Of a DNA stretch of 54,193 nucleotides, positions 43,782 to 52,225 are shown one piece after another. The position numbers were made by a program, and so were the translations under genes. The notes under the pieces were generated by a model. The model ran no database searches. It had not been told where the DNA came from and worked only from the letters and a program-made list of their open reading frames with translations. Source of the DNA: a virus; the IMG/VR virus record IMGVR_UViG_3300045988_021171, positions 1 through 54,193 of that record; one strand, 5' to 3'. Position 1 is the stretch's first letter; every line of letters starts with the position of its first letter.

Positions 43782-44516
43782 TTAGAATCGACCACCTCTA
43801 GTACGTGGTCCGGATGTACGTGGTCCGGACGTACTAGGTCCACGGCGTGCTACTGATTCACGTGCATGACTACGAGAACCTGTATCCCGACTAGAACCTC
43901 TACGAGGTGTAGACCCGCTAGAGCGTCGTGAGGAATTATCCTCTAGTGTGAACTTACCATCTAGTACATCGTACATCTGGTCTGAACTTAGGTCCAAGAT
44001 AAGGGTACCTAACAACTCTGATTTCTCTGGGAAGTCGTCAAGTGTTACATCTGGATCAGCTGACTCTGGGAAAAATTCGTAAGTAGTACGTTGATCACCT
44101 TTCTTACCGCTTCGAACAATTTCAAACGGCTGATTGACAAGTGGTCCATACTTGTTAATGAGCGTAACAATCTTGGACACGTAGCTGCGACCTCGGTCCC
44201 ATGTTTCAACCTGATCAGTGTTTTCGTTATACAGTTGAAGGAATAGCTTCTCTACACGAGGGAATCCTTCTTCGCACAATGGACAATCTTCTGGATGAAT
44301 GCTTTCACCATCTTCACTAATAGCTAAACAGTTTACATAACGTTCTCGCCCATCAATGTCTGCACGGTGAACTACAAAATAATCCATGTCCTGTCCGTCC
44401 GGATCTTCGTACAGGAATGTAACGACTGCTGAATCCTTATCGTCAGCTAAACTAAAGAATCCGTTTCCGTTACCGGTTCCATAACTACCGGAATTATTAA
44501 TACTTACTCGACCCAT
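43782..44516 (-). CDS. Putative ssDNA-binding protein with Cys motif and basic RG/S-rich tail
   Basis: 244 aa with a strong RBS aaaggagg, located in the replication module next to polA. It carries CLAISEDG...HPEDCPLCEEG (a possible Zn site). The C-terminal 50 aa are R/S/G/T/P-rich and end GGRF. Confidence 0.35.
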   Translation of the reverse strand: MGRVSINNSGSYGTGNGNGFFSLADDKDSAVVTFLYEDPDGQDMDYFVVHRADIDGRERYVNCLAISEDGESIHPEDCPLCEEGFPRVEKLFLQLYNENTDQVETWDRGRSYVSKIVTLINKYGPLVNQPFEIVRSGKKGDQRTTYEFFPESADPDVTLDDFPEKSELLGTLILDLSSDQMYDVLDGKFTLEDNSSRRSSGSTPRRGSSRDTGSRSHARESVARRGPSTSGPRTSGPRTRGGRF

Positions 44517-44535
44517 CTTGGTCCTCCTTTAAAGT

Positions 44536-44567
44536 GTTTAAGTGTATAAGGGTTTAAGTGTATAAGT
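44536..44567. repeat. Tandem 16-bp direct repeat in the 5' leader of the SSB-like gene
   Basis: gtttaagtgtataagg followed by gtttaagtgtataagt, two copies with 15/16 identity. It lies between the promoter motif and the RBS. Confidence 0.85.
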
Positions 44568-44579
44568 GCCTTATAATTT

Positions 44580-44609
44580 AATATACACCTAATTTAGGTG
44601 TAGGGTATA
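44580..44609 (-). promoter_or_regulatory. Conserved class-II promoter-like motif with embedded 17-bp palindrome
   Basis: Minus strand: TATACC-ctacacctaaattaGGTG-TATATT. ACACCTAAaTTAGGTGT (44585-44601) forms 8-bp inverted arms that include the conserved GGTG. Confidence 0.45.
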
Positions 44610-45221
44610 CTAGTTTAGGAAATTATCCAACTTTTTAGCTAATGAACGTTTAATCCCTGCTACTGCCGCACGAGTAACGCCAATTTCTTTAGCGACTTCT
44701 GCGTCAGTTAGGATTTGACCGTTCCGTACGATACATTCAATATAAGCGTATTGCTTATCTGTTAAAGGTAGGGTAGGTAGTGAAGTAGTAATGTCAATAG
44801 CTGACCAATCTTCCTCCACACCCTGTGAATAAAATACATTGTAATTATCCACATCGTCACAAGACGTGTTACCTTCCCACTCTACATCTACATACCAATC
44901 TCGTTGCACAGATGTAACCTTTAAATGTCGATATTCATTACGCATCGTGTTCCGCATAAGTCTTGTGACATAAGTAGCAAAATTAGCTCCAGCGTCGATT
45001 CTAAACGTACTTAAAGCCTTATCTAATGTACTCCAAACAAAGCTATCTACATCTTCTCGGCTAAAGCTAAAATAGCGCTGTCCGATTTTATGTAACATAC
45101 CTGAGTACCGGGAATAAACCACGGCAAGGGCTCCGTTAGGGTCCACATTATACAAGGCTACACAATCAGTATCCGGAACTGTACCAATACAGTCCACAAT
45201 ATCATTCACAAGTTTGTTCAT
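44610..45221 (-). CDS. Sigma-70-family RNA polymerase sigma factor
   Basis: 203 aa. The region 2-like stretch is DSFVWSTLDKALSTFRIDAGANFATYVTRLMRNTMRNEYR. The region 4 HTH is LTDAEVAKEIGVTRAAVAGIKRSLAKKL. Confidence 0.7.
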   Translation of the reverse strand: MNKLVNDIVDCIGTVPDTDCVALYNVDPNGALAVVYSRYSGMLHKIGQRYFSFSREDVDSFVWSTLDKALSTFRIDAGANFATYVTRLMRNTMRNEYRHLKVTSVQRDWYVDVEWEGNTSCDDVDNYNVFYSQGVEEDWSAIDITTSLPTLPLTDKQYAYIECIVRNGQILTDAEVAKEIGVTRAAVAGIKRSLAKKLDNFLN

Positions 45222-45253
45222 TGTTTAATCTCCTAAAGAAATTGTATAAGTCT

Positions 45254-45282
45254 ATTATACATTATCGGGTAATAAATTACAA
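45254..45282 (-). promoter_or_regulatory. Early-type promoter with palindromic box, upstream of the sigma factor gene
   Basis: Minus strand: TTGTAA-tttattacccgataatg-TATAAT with a 17-nt spacer. The spacer carries ATTACCCGATAAT, a one-mismatch copy of the box in the two early promoters. Confidence 0.55.
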
Positions 45283-46287
45283 GACCAAATCTGTAAAATC
45301 TATTAATTCCGGCTTGTCATTTATATCCCATTTATTGTCCCAAAATTCTGCTGGGTAGTTTAGGAAGTATACTACCTTGTCCTTACTTAGTCGTTGACGA
45401 ATTTTGCAACTAGCTTTATATCCAGCCTCGTCTGGGTCTAACGCTAATACAATAGTGCGGAAAGGCATCTTCTTCAGAAGTTCGAATTGATTACCTCCCC
45501 CGACTCCCATTAAAGCCACAGCAGGGATACCAAGTGTCCAAAGTGTTAGACAGTTGATAGCTGATTCAGTAACGTATAATTTCAAACTATCTTCGAACCT
45601 ATCTCGGTACTTCAATACCTCATAAGCCCCGTACAGAAATTCAGTCTTAGGGTCACTTTCCCCGTACTTATGGAATTTCTGTCCTACACTCCGTCGGTTA
45701 AAGAATACAGTATTTCCCCCCATATCCCTAACTGGCATTGTAATACAGTCGTTCAGTTTATCGTAACCTACGTCAAATAGTTCAATAATCTCGCCAGTCA
45801 GTTTGCGTTTGTACATATAAGGATGAATCCATCTGTACTTCTCCAACTCCTCTTCGGATATAATGGAGTACGACCGTTTTACCGTCTTACTACCTTTACG
45901 CAAACCTAAATCTAATAAAGGTCGAACTTGTTCCTCGCCGGATAGGAAGTTTCGTTTTAACCATTGGTTACCGTAGAAACCTCCGTCCTTTCGATTAAAT
46001 AGATCACTAATAAATTCGTTCAGTTTTGCTGTGTAGCCGCAAGTGAAGCAATGAACTGTACCTGCTTCAATTAGTCGTGTACCGGAGTATGTAACCTCTC
46101 TGCTCATTCCACAAGATGGGTGATTCTCCATACCGTTGCCATGGAATGGACAGGAGAATTGCATATTCGAACCTAAGCTCTTTGTACGTCTAAATAAGGT
46201 ACGTCCATAGTCACGCTCAAGTTCGAAAGTAAGTCGCTGAATAATTTGTTCGCACGTAGCGTCAATGTATAATCCATTAACTTTCAA
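45277..46287 (-). CDS. DNA primase (zinc-finger plus TOPRIM)
   Basis: 336 aa with a Zn motif CPFHGNGMENHPSC...CFTCG. The TOPRIM-like motifs are LYVTESAINCLTL and VLALDPDEAG. Confidence 0.8.
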   Translation of the reverse strand: MKVNGLYIDATCEQIIQRLTFELERDYGRTLFRRTKSLGSNMQFSCPFHGNGMENHPSCGMSREVTYSGTRLIEAGTVHCFTCGYTAKLNEFISDLFNRKDGGFYGNQWLKRNFLSGEEQVRPLLDLGLRKGSKTVKRSYSIISEEELEKYRWIHPYMYKRKLTGEIIELFDVGYDKLNDCITMPVRDMGGNTVFFNRRSVGQKFHKYGESDPKTEFLYGAYEVLKYRDRFEDSLKLYVTESAINCLTLWTLGIPAVALMGVGGGNQFELLKKMPFRTIVLALDPDEAGYKASCKIRQRLSKDKVVYFLNYPAEFWDNKWDINDKPELIDFTDLVL

Positions 46288-47612
46288 AATGCTTCTACTC
46301 CTTCCCGGCTTACTTGTTTTTGCAACTTATTAGATGACTGACGGGCTTTCAACATAACAGGACTAGACTTGTCTTCCGTGTCGTCATCGTTCTTAAAGCC
46401 TATAAGAGTATAGGTACCTGTAGTTACGTCCCACATATACTCAATAGTCTTGTTATCCTCGCCGTACCGGTTCTTTACTACGGATAGTCTTAGAATACCG
46501 TTAGCTTCGTCACGTTGCATTGTAATCACTCGACTAGCGTTCTGTCCTACGGCATCTGATTCTGCGATATGTTCTAATTGGATAGTGTCGTTACCGCCGT
46601 CTTTAGCCGCACGTCCAGCCTGTACATTTAGTACAATAGGGATTCCATATTTAGCTGATAGCTTATACAAGTCCATGGTAATATTAGCGTACTGAATACG
46701 CTTCTGTTCCCTACTTGGTATAGACTCGTTCATAAGGGACAGTTGGTCAATACCTACTACCTTAGGCTTGTATTTCTGAATCATACTGTCTAATAAGGCT
46801 GGGGTCATGTTACGTCCACCAATCATCATTGGAGTAACGACTACGAGAGGAGTATCACTATCTTGCATGAGTTCGATGTGATCCTCATACTTCTTTAGCT
46901 CGTTATCGTTCCAGACCCCTTTAGTAATGGAATTAATACTCACATTAGATAATAGGGTGTCGATACGAGAACCAACTTGCATTTCACTCATTTCCCCGGA
47001 ATAGAGTAAAACAGATTGACCCTGCTTCCAAGCAGTAGCCATCATCTTGTCAAGTGTCCAGGACTTACCTTGTCCAGGTCGTCCTACAATGACAATCAAT
47101 TCCTCACCCGGTAACATTCCACCTAATACATCATCTAATAGTTCAAATCCTGTAGGTACTCCTAATAAGTCACCTGACTTATCTGCGATGTCCATAGCCC
47201 AATTAAAACGGTCGTACGCCGATTTAGTTAAGTCTACACCACCCACGAATTTAGATTGCTGGATCAGCTTTTCCAGCTTAGGTAGAATGTTCGATACGGC
47301 TATACTTGAATCCGTTTGCATATCCTCAGCCGCCTGACTAAGGATAGGTACCATTGCATTATATAAATGCTCCTCCCGAATCTTATCTACTAAATAAGCA
47401 TCAGTTTCTAAAATATTCAGAAGTTCGAATCCAGGAAAATGTTCAAGTACAGTCTCGTCATCTGGGACATTCCCATAGTTTCGAACATGGTCCATAATGA
47501 ACTCATATTCGGGATAGTAGTCACTGAAGTATTCTTCCGTTATTCCATTGTTAACTAAAATAGAAGTACTTTTATCCTGAAGTACCTTATTCAGTACCTG
47601 TAGTTGAATCAC
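46284..47612 (-). CDS. dnaB: DnaB-like replicative helicase
   Basis: Walker A VIVGRPGQGKSWTL, then VVGIDQLSLM and NVQAGR. The start is uncertain. I prefer the GTG at 47612 (VIQLQVLNKVL, with ggggg 6 nt upstream) over the track start at 47678, which overlaps the upstream gene by 92 nt. Confidence 0.8.
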   Translation of the reverse strand: MIQLQVLNKVLQDKSTSILVNNGITEEYFSDYYPEYEFIMDHVRNYGNVPDDETVLEHFPGFELLNILETDAYLVDKIREEHLYNAMVPILSQAAEDMQTDSSIAVSNILPKLEKLIQQSKFVGGVDLTKSAYDRFNWAMDIADKSGDLLGVPTGFELLDDVLGGMLPGEELIVIVGRPGQGKSWTLDKMMATAWKQGQSVLLYSGEMSEMQVGSRIDTLLSNVSINSITKGVWNDNELKKYEDHIELMQDSDTPLVVVTPMMIGGRNMTPALLDSMIQKYKPKVVGIDQLSLMNESIPSREQKRIQYANITMDLYKLSAKYGIPIVLNVQAGRAAKDGGNDTIQLEHIAESDAVGQNASRVITMQRDEANGILRLSVVKNRYGEDNKTIEYMWDVTTGTYTLIGFKNDDDTEDKSSPVMLKARQSSNKLQKQVSREGVEAF

Positions 47613-47850
47613 GTTTAGCCCCCAATCTATTTCCGTGCATGTCGTACATTGGATAGAATTTATGACCAGGTCGGTCACCTAACCATAAACCGGTATCGTC
47701 CATAGATAGGTAATAAGCGTTACGATACTGATCTTCTACCTGCTTTACTTTAGAGTTAGTATAGACCAGCATGCTTACTACCCCTATTACTACGCCTAAT
47801 AGTACGGAACTAATCACAAGGGATAGTAACCTTTTCGACTTTGAAGTCAT
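47587..47850 (-). CDS. Small membrane protein
   Basis: The start is moved to the ATG at 47850 (MTSKSKRLL), with RBS ggaaggag 7 nt upstream. TM helix LLSLVISSVLLGVVIGVVSMLVY. Confidence 0.5.
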   Translation of the reverse strand: MTSKSKRLLSLVISSVLLGVVIGVVSMLVYTNSKVKQVEDQYRNAYYLSMDDTGLWLGDRPGHKFYPMYDMHGNRLGAKRDSTTGTE

Positions 47851-48061
47851 AAATATTCTCCTTCCAGTATTTATACATAAAATCAAGAAGCCGTTCGTCG
47901 TATTCCCGAACTTCCTGTTCCGTTAAGAACAAGTTATCAAGTAGATACACAGAAGCACTAATTGGTTTTAAACGACAGCACTTAACTATCTCGCCCCTAA
48001 CATTCTTATAAATCATAGGTACTAGATTCTTATCCAGTACTAAATACTTAGGCTCGTTCAA
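47810..48061 (-). CDS. Hypothetical protein
   Basis: 83-aa ORF in operon context. No motif. Confidence 0.4.
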   Translation of the reverse strand: MNEPKYLVLDKNLVPMIYKNVRGEIVKCCRLKPISASVYLLDNLFLTEQEVREYDERLLDFMYKYWKENIYDFKVEKVTIPCD

Positions 48062-48698
48062 ATTCCTTCACCTCCTGCGGGGTATAACCTCGAACATTTG
48101 ACGCAGTGAACTCCACTACAGTTGAGGTATCATAGATTCGGCTATACAGACGCTTTCCTAATACGTCCTGAATCTTTTCGTCCGAATAGTTAGTAGTATA
48201 GATTGTACAAAGGTTATTATCTACCCGGTAATTAATAAGGTCGTAGAAATGGTTGTAGGAAACTTGCGTAACCCTACCTGACCCCACTTCGTCAATTACT
48301 AATAATCTACAAGTCTTTAGGCGGTTCAGGTAGTTGAAAAATTCAATACTAGTTTCGAAGTATCCAAAGTCGCCAAAGATTTCTAACATTGACGAACTAA
48401 CACAGAATACACCTTTAACATCTAATAGTCCGTCTAAAGCAGTTTCGGCGATGTAACGTTGAAGTAATCGAATCGCCCAACTAGTTTTTCCATTACCAAC
48501 TGTACTACTAGTAATGACAACATTTCGACCCTCGTTAACATTTTCAACAACATTCGACCTATAATCCTCCAGCCACTGCCAGGCTAAATCATCAGCCTTT
48601 CGCGGGACTAGATTTTGAGGAACTAAATATTTTTTAGGTACTCCTGATTCAACTAATAATTGATGAACTTTTCTTTTCCATATTTCATTTACGTCCAT
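48048..48698 (-). CDS. DnaC/IstB-like AAA+ helicase loader
   Basis: 216 aa with Walker A SSTVGNGKTSWAI and Walker B LLVIDEVGSG. It lies upstream of the helicase gene. Confidence 0.7.
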   Translation of the reverse strand: MDVNEIWKRKVHQLLVESGVPKKYLVPQNLVPRKADDLAWQWLEDYRSNVVENVNEGRNVVITSSTVGNGKTSWAIRLLQRYIAETALDGLLDVKGVFCVSSSMLEIFGDFGYFETSIEFFNYLNRLKTCRLLVIDEVGSGRVTQVSYNHFYDLINYRVDNNLCTIYTTNYSDEKIQDVLGKRLYSRIYDTSTVVEFTASNVRGYTPQEVKEFERA

Positions 48699-48790
48699 TA
48701 TTTTACCTTTCTAATATTAGTCCATATACCTAAAATAGTTCAATACCTGTATATATGGACCCGATGGAGGGAGAGAGATCTAGCTTGCTA

Positions 48791-48833
48791 AGCTGCTCTA
48801 AAGCAGCTGTAAAAATGACTTTGTAAAAAAGTC
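48791..48833 (-). other. Two adjacent stem-loops in the leader between a promoter motif and the helicase-loader gene
   Basis: agctgct-ctaa-agcagct (7-bp stem, 48791-48808) and gacttt-gtaaa-aaagtc (48817-48833). The second is flanked by A and T runs and is terminator-like in both directions. Confidence 0.5.
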
Positions 48834-48843
48834 TTTTTTACTA

Positions 48844-48873
48844 GATATACACCAAATTTCGCGAATTTGTTAA
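48844..48873 (-). promoter_or_regulatory. Conserved class-II promoter-like motif
   Basis: Minus strand: TTAACA-aattcgcgaaatttGGTG-TATATC with an 18-nt spacer. Confidence 0.45.
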
Positions 48874-48910
48874 GTGGTTCGAAAAAGATCTATATTTTGT
48901 CTACATCTTT

Positions 48911-49393
48911 TTAATAAAATGAGCTAAATTTCGGAGATTTGTCTAATAATTCGTCCACTAGCCAAGATCTTTTAAATACAGACAGCGTAATCACATTAGG
49001 TACATTTTCGAACAAACATCTCGAACTTTTGTCAATCGATTGGTACAGGAACCACGCCATTTCTACCCATGAGGAGTATCCTGTATAATCTTTTAACTTC
49101 TTCATCGTAGTCTGGAAATTGAACCAATTGTAGTCAATACACTCGACCTTGTAAATAAATTCGTACTGAACAAGGAAGAAGTGACTTAATTGTTTCAAGG
49201 TAATTTCCGTATAGGCTTTACCGTCAAGGAAATTAAGTATCTGGTCCTTAGTAATTAGATAGTCCCTATCCCTATTAGATAGACCTTTCGTACTATTTCC
49301 AAATAGACCCTTCGTGGGAAGTCCTATAGACTTAAATAGTAGATGACGATTACTGGAGTTATTATTCTGCGATTTTATACGCTCTCTAGGCAT
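48911..49393 (-). CDS. Hypothetical protein
   Basis: 160 aa with RBS aaggaga upstream. No motif. Confidence 0.45.
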   Translation of the reverse strand: MPRERIKSQNNNSSNRHLLFKSIGLPTKGLFGNSTKGLSNRDRDYLITKDQILNFLDGKAYTEITLKQLSHFFLVQYEFIYKVECIDYNWFNFQTTMKKLKDYTGYSSWVEMAWFLYQSIDKSSRCLFENVPNVITLSVFKRSWLVDELLDKSPKFSSFY

Positions 49394-49456
49394 TGTTTTA
49401 TCTCCTTAATGGTATTTTACGTATTCTCTAAAATAACGTTAAATAGCCGCGAAATA

Positions 49457-49903
49457 TTAAGAATTTTTGCGAGATTTAGGGCTCTTCTTCTTAATCTTTT
49501 TAAAGCGTAACGTGTAAGACACCGTCTCAGTGATAGCAGGCTTAATCACTTCAGGGTCAAGCTGCTTGGTGTAGATTAGGTCCTCTAGCAAATCTTCATT
49601 GATACTTGGCTTCATTACAATTAGATTCTGATAGGCTTCTTTATTAAGTCCATCAGATTGTTCAATTAAGTCCTGAACAATTTTAACTAGCATGTCTTCA
49701 TCCATAGAGGATTTAGTAGAACTTGAACAAGTAACTCCCCAATCCCCTACTTCTACTGACTCAATGTCTTCTAGTAGCATGTAACTCTTTAGTAATTCCT
49801 TGCCGGATTTAACTGTCTTGGTTAATTCGCCAAGTTCCAAATTAGATTGGGCAACTTGAGGTAATAGGGCTAAAAACTCTTTTTCGTTTTGAATTTCTTT
49901 CAT
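49457..49903 (-). CDS. Hypothetical acidic protein with basic C-terminal tail
   Basis: 148 aa, ending KKIKKKSPKSRKNS. It has a TAATG-type junction with the upstream gene. Confidence 0.45.
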   Translation of the reverse strand: MKEIQNEKEFLALLPQVAQSNLELGELTKTVKSGKELLKSYMLLEDIESVEVGDWGVTCSSSTKSSMDEDMLVKIVQDLIEQSDGLNKEAYQNLIVMKPSINEDLLEDLIYTKQLDPEVIKPAITETVSYTLRFKKIKKKSPKSRKNS

Positions 49904-50280
49904 TAGATTTTCTCCTTCATAAGTTCATCTAAATTAGCGTCGGCGAGTTCAGACATTTCTTGTCTAAATTGTTGTCGGTCCTTTGAAATTAGTTGACGTT
50001 CTCCCCACATATGCTGACGGTTGTAGAATGCTAAATCTCCGGGTACAATAGAGTCCCGAAACTTAATTAATTTCTGGACACCTTCCTCACTCCAATACCG
50101 TGTCTTCTTACCGTCTAAATCATTTCGAAATTTAGGTAAGTAGAACGGGAAATGGATATTCTGCTCCTTCGCATAATTTGCAGCTCCGTACCACACTCGA
50201 GTGATAGTAGTCTGACTCCGCCCTACCATTTTACATACCTCCGAAATTCGGTAGTATTTTACACCATTAATTTCCTTCAT
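49903..50280 (-). CDS. MerR-type HTH DNA-binding protein
   Basis: 125 aa. YYRISEVCKMVGRSQTTITRVW followed by RYWSEEGVQKLIKF follows the MerR N-terminal HTH-wing pattern. Confidence 0.5.
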   Translation of the reverse strand: MKEINGVKYYRISEVCKMVGRSQTTITRVWYGAANYAKEQNIHFPFYLPKFRNDLDGKKTRYWSEEGVQKLIKFRDSIVPGDLAFYNRQHMWGERQLISKDRQQFRQEMSELADANLDELMKEKI

Positions 50281-50521
50281 TTATTAACCTCCGAATAGCT
50301 TCACATTGTTTTTCGTTGGGTAGTTTATCGAACTTCACCATGCGCTTCAAGGTACGCTCGTTACAGTTCAATTGAAGGGCTATATACTTCATATCCCCTC
50401 GTTCTAATAAACCGCTTAACGCCTCGCAGTAATCTACCTTAGTCCAAGATAGGAACTGTCGTTTGTCTAGAATTTGCTTTGTATCCTTACGTACTAGACT
50501 ATACATTGTTCTTTTAACCAT
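50267..50521 (-). CDS. Hypothetical small protein, possible HTH
   Basis: 84 aa. LQLNCNERTLKRMVKFDKLPNEKQCEAIRRL is weakly HTH-like. Confidence 0.35.
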   Translation of the reverse strand: MVKRTMYSLVRKDTKQILDKRQFLSWTKVDYCEALSGLLERGDMKYIALQLNCNERTLKRMVKFDKLPNEKQCEAIRRLINEGN

Positions 50522-50530
50522 CTGTACCCC

Positions 50531-52225
50531 TTAGCGTTTAATAATTAAATCGAATAGATTAGCTAACTTGTTCTTCAGAGGTACACCGTCTACTACATAG
50601 TCAGCTATCTCCCCTTTACTAGCTACGATATCTTCGATTACTTCGTCGATCGTTCCCTTGCAAACTAAAGTAATAATAGATACAGGTGATGTAGCGCCTA
50701 TACGATGGGCTCTGTCCTCAGCCTGATCTTTCTCCCCTTTAGTCCACGGACTGTCTAGGAATATTACTGTAGTTGCTTTAGTTAAGGTAAATCCAGTACC
50801 TAATGCTCCAATAGTACCACAGATAACAGAAGGTCCTTTATATTCAGTAAAGGCTTGAATATTTCCGAACTTGTCTTCCGTCTCTCCAGTAACTAAAGTA
50901 GCTGGGTACTTCTTCATGATAGAGTGAAATAGTGGGGTAATTACTTTCTCCCAATTGCTGAACACAATTACAGATTCACCACTAGATATACATTCATCTA
51001 TAATCTCTAACGCACGTTCGAACTTTGCTGATTTAACTTTCTTTGTAGTCAGAATTTCTGGATTTCCTGTAGCCTGTCGTAACCTAATAGTCTCAGCTAG
51101 TGGGTTACTACTTAGCATAACCTTGTCAATGTCCTCAATGAATTTAGTTCGAACTTCGTTATAGATTTTAGTTTGGTCTTTACCCATGTCTATATATTCC
51201 ATAGTTCGAATCTTAGGAGGTAGGTCCAGTACTTGGTCCTTAGTACGCCTTAGCATGTTAGCGTTCACTATTTCCTTTAGTTCGGACAAGTTGCGGTACC
51301 CTGTAATTTGACCGAAATTATCTTGTACACAATAGCGGGCTTTAAACGCTGTTAGTGAGTGGTGTTCCACCCCTAACCATTTTAGGATGTTATAGGTATC
51401 GATAGGTGAGTTCAGTAATGGGGTACCTGTAAGAGCTAGTTTATAGAAGCTATTTAACTTATGTATAGCTTCCCCTTGTTGACTTCCAGGGTTCTTACAT
51501 TTATGTACCTCGTCTACTACTACCATACCGATCGTACCCGAGTTGGTAAGTTCGCGAAGAGCTGAAGTAAACGCCTTATCACGTAAAGTCTCAATATTAG
51601 TAATAAGGAAGAACTCCTCATGGTTCGTAAGTAAGTCCTCCGCACGCTTATTAATACCTTCGATAACTAAATTACCGTTACGGTTCACTCGGCTACCTAT
51701 AATGTGCGCTTGTTCATTGGAGTGAATGCTCACTTCCTTAGCCCAATTCCATTTAAGGCCGGATACGCAACATACTATTAGACAATGACTAAATTGATTC
51801 TTACGACTTACGGCAATGTCAATAGCTTGCTTAGTCTTCCCTAGACCCTGTTCATCACCTAATAGGAAGCACGGATGCTCTTTAGCGAACTCGAAACATT
51901 CTACCTGATGTTCGAACGGCTTAGTCTTAAAAGTAAAATCTCCAGTATCCGCATTGACGATATCATTTCTGGACTTAATGTACTCCCGAATTTCTTGAGG
52001 TATTTCACCTTTAATTTCTAAATCCCAGAACTCCAGCGCAGTAAGTACTTCCGAAAAGTATCGAATAGGTACTTCAAAATGATTATACCCTAATTCCCTA
52101 ATTTTAGGTAGGGTAGAAAGTTGGGTACCTAATAACTCCTCGTCGTCTGTATCCTTAGGTACAGTGATGTAAATACTATTACCACGCTTGTTCATTCTGG
52201 ATTTATCAATAACTAATTGAATCAA
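50531..52225 (-). CDS. SNF2-family helicase/ATPase
   Basis: 564 aa with motif I LLGDEQGLGKTKQAI, motif II VVVDEVHKCKN, motif III LTGTPLLNSP and motif VI QAEDRAHRIGA. Confidence 0.9.
   Translation of the reverse strand: MIQLVIDKSRMNKRGNSIYITVPKDTDDEELLGTQLSTLPKIRELGYNHFEVPIRYFSEVLTALEFWDLEIKGEIPQEIREYIKSRNDIVNADTGDFTFKTKPFEHQVECFEFAKEHPCFLLGDEQGLGKTKQAIDIAVSRKNQFSHCLIVCCVSGLKWNWAKEVSIHSNEQAHIIGSRVNRNGNLVIEGINKRAEDLLTNHEEFFLITNIETLRDKAFTSALRELTNSGTIGMVVVDEVHKCKNPGSQQGEAIHKLNSFYKLALTGTPLLNSPIDTYNILKWLGVEHHSLTAFKARYCVQDNFGQITGYRNLSELKEIVNANMLRRTKDQVLDLPPKIRTMEYIDMGKDQTKIYNEVRTKFIEDIDKVMLSSNPLAETIRLRQATGNPEILTTKKVKSAKFERALEIIDECISSGESVIVFSNWEKVITPLFHSIMKKYPATLVTGETEDKFGNIQAFTEYKGPSVICGTIGALGTGFTLTKATTVIFLDSPWTKGEKDQAEDRAHRIGATSPVSIITLVCKGTIDEVIEDIVASKGEIADYVVDGVPLKNKLANLFDLIIKR

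Noticed and set aside
44536-44567. The plus-strand reading of the tandem repeat (GTGTATAAG twice) could be a pair of antisense promoters firing into the sigma factor gene.
   Set aside because: The -10-like hexamers have no -35 at 17-18 nt and lack the conserved upstream aaatt..GGTG context. They are treated only as a leader repeat.
46284-47886. Long N-terminal extensions in the ORF track give large gene overlaps: helicase from 47678, membrane protein from 47886, and likewise folE from 38856, dpdA from 37547, dnaX from 31653 and scaffold from 16948.
   Set aside because: The extended starts lack RBSs, while internal ATG/GTG codons have AGGAG-like sites at 6-10 nt and give family-typical N-termini. 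The shorter coordinates were used, although the helicase start remains uncertain.
16985-48880. GGTTCGAA strings resembling tRNA T-arm/T-loop sequences (for example near 16988, 23772, 36949, 42743, 48875) raised the possibility of tRNA genes.
   Set aside because: None has a complementary 5-bp T-stem, an acceptor stem or a D-arm/anticodon-arm arrangement around it. Most lie inside protein-coding genes. I found no tRNA, rRNA or tmRNA in the window.
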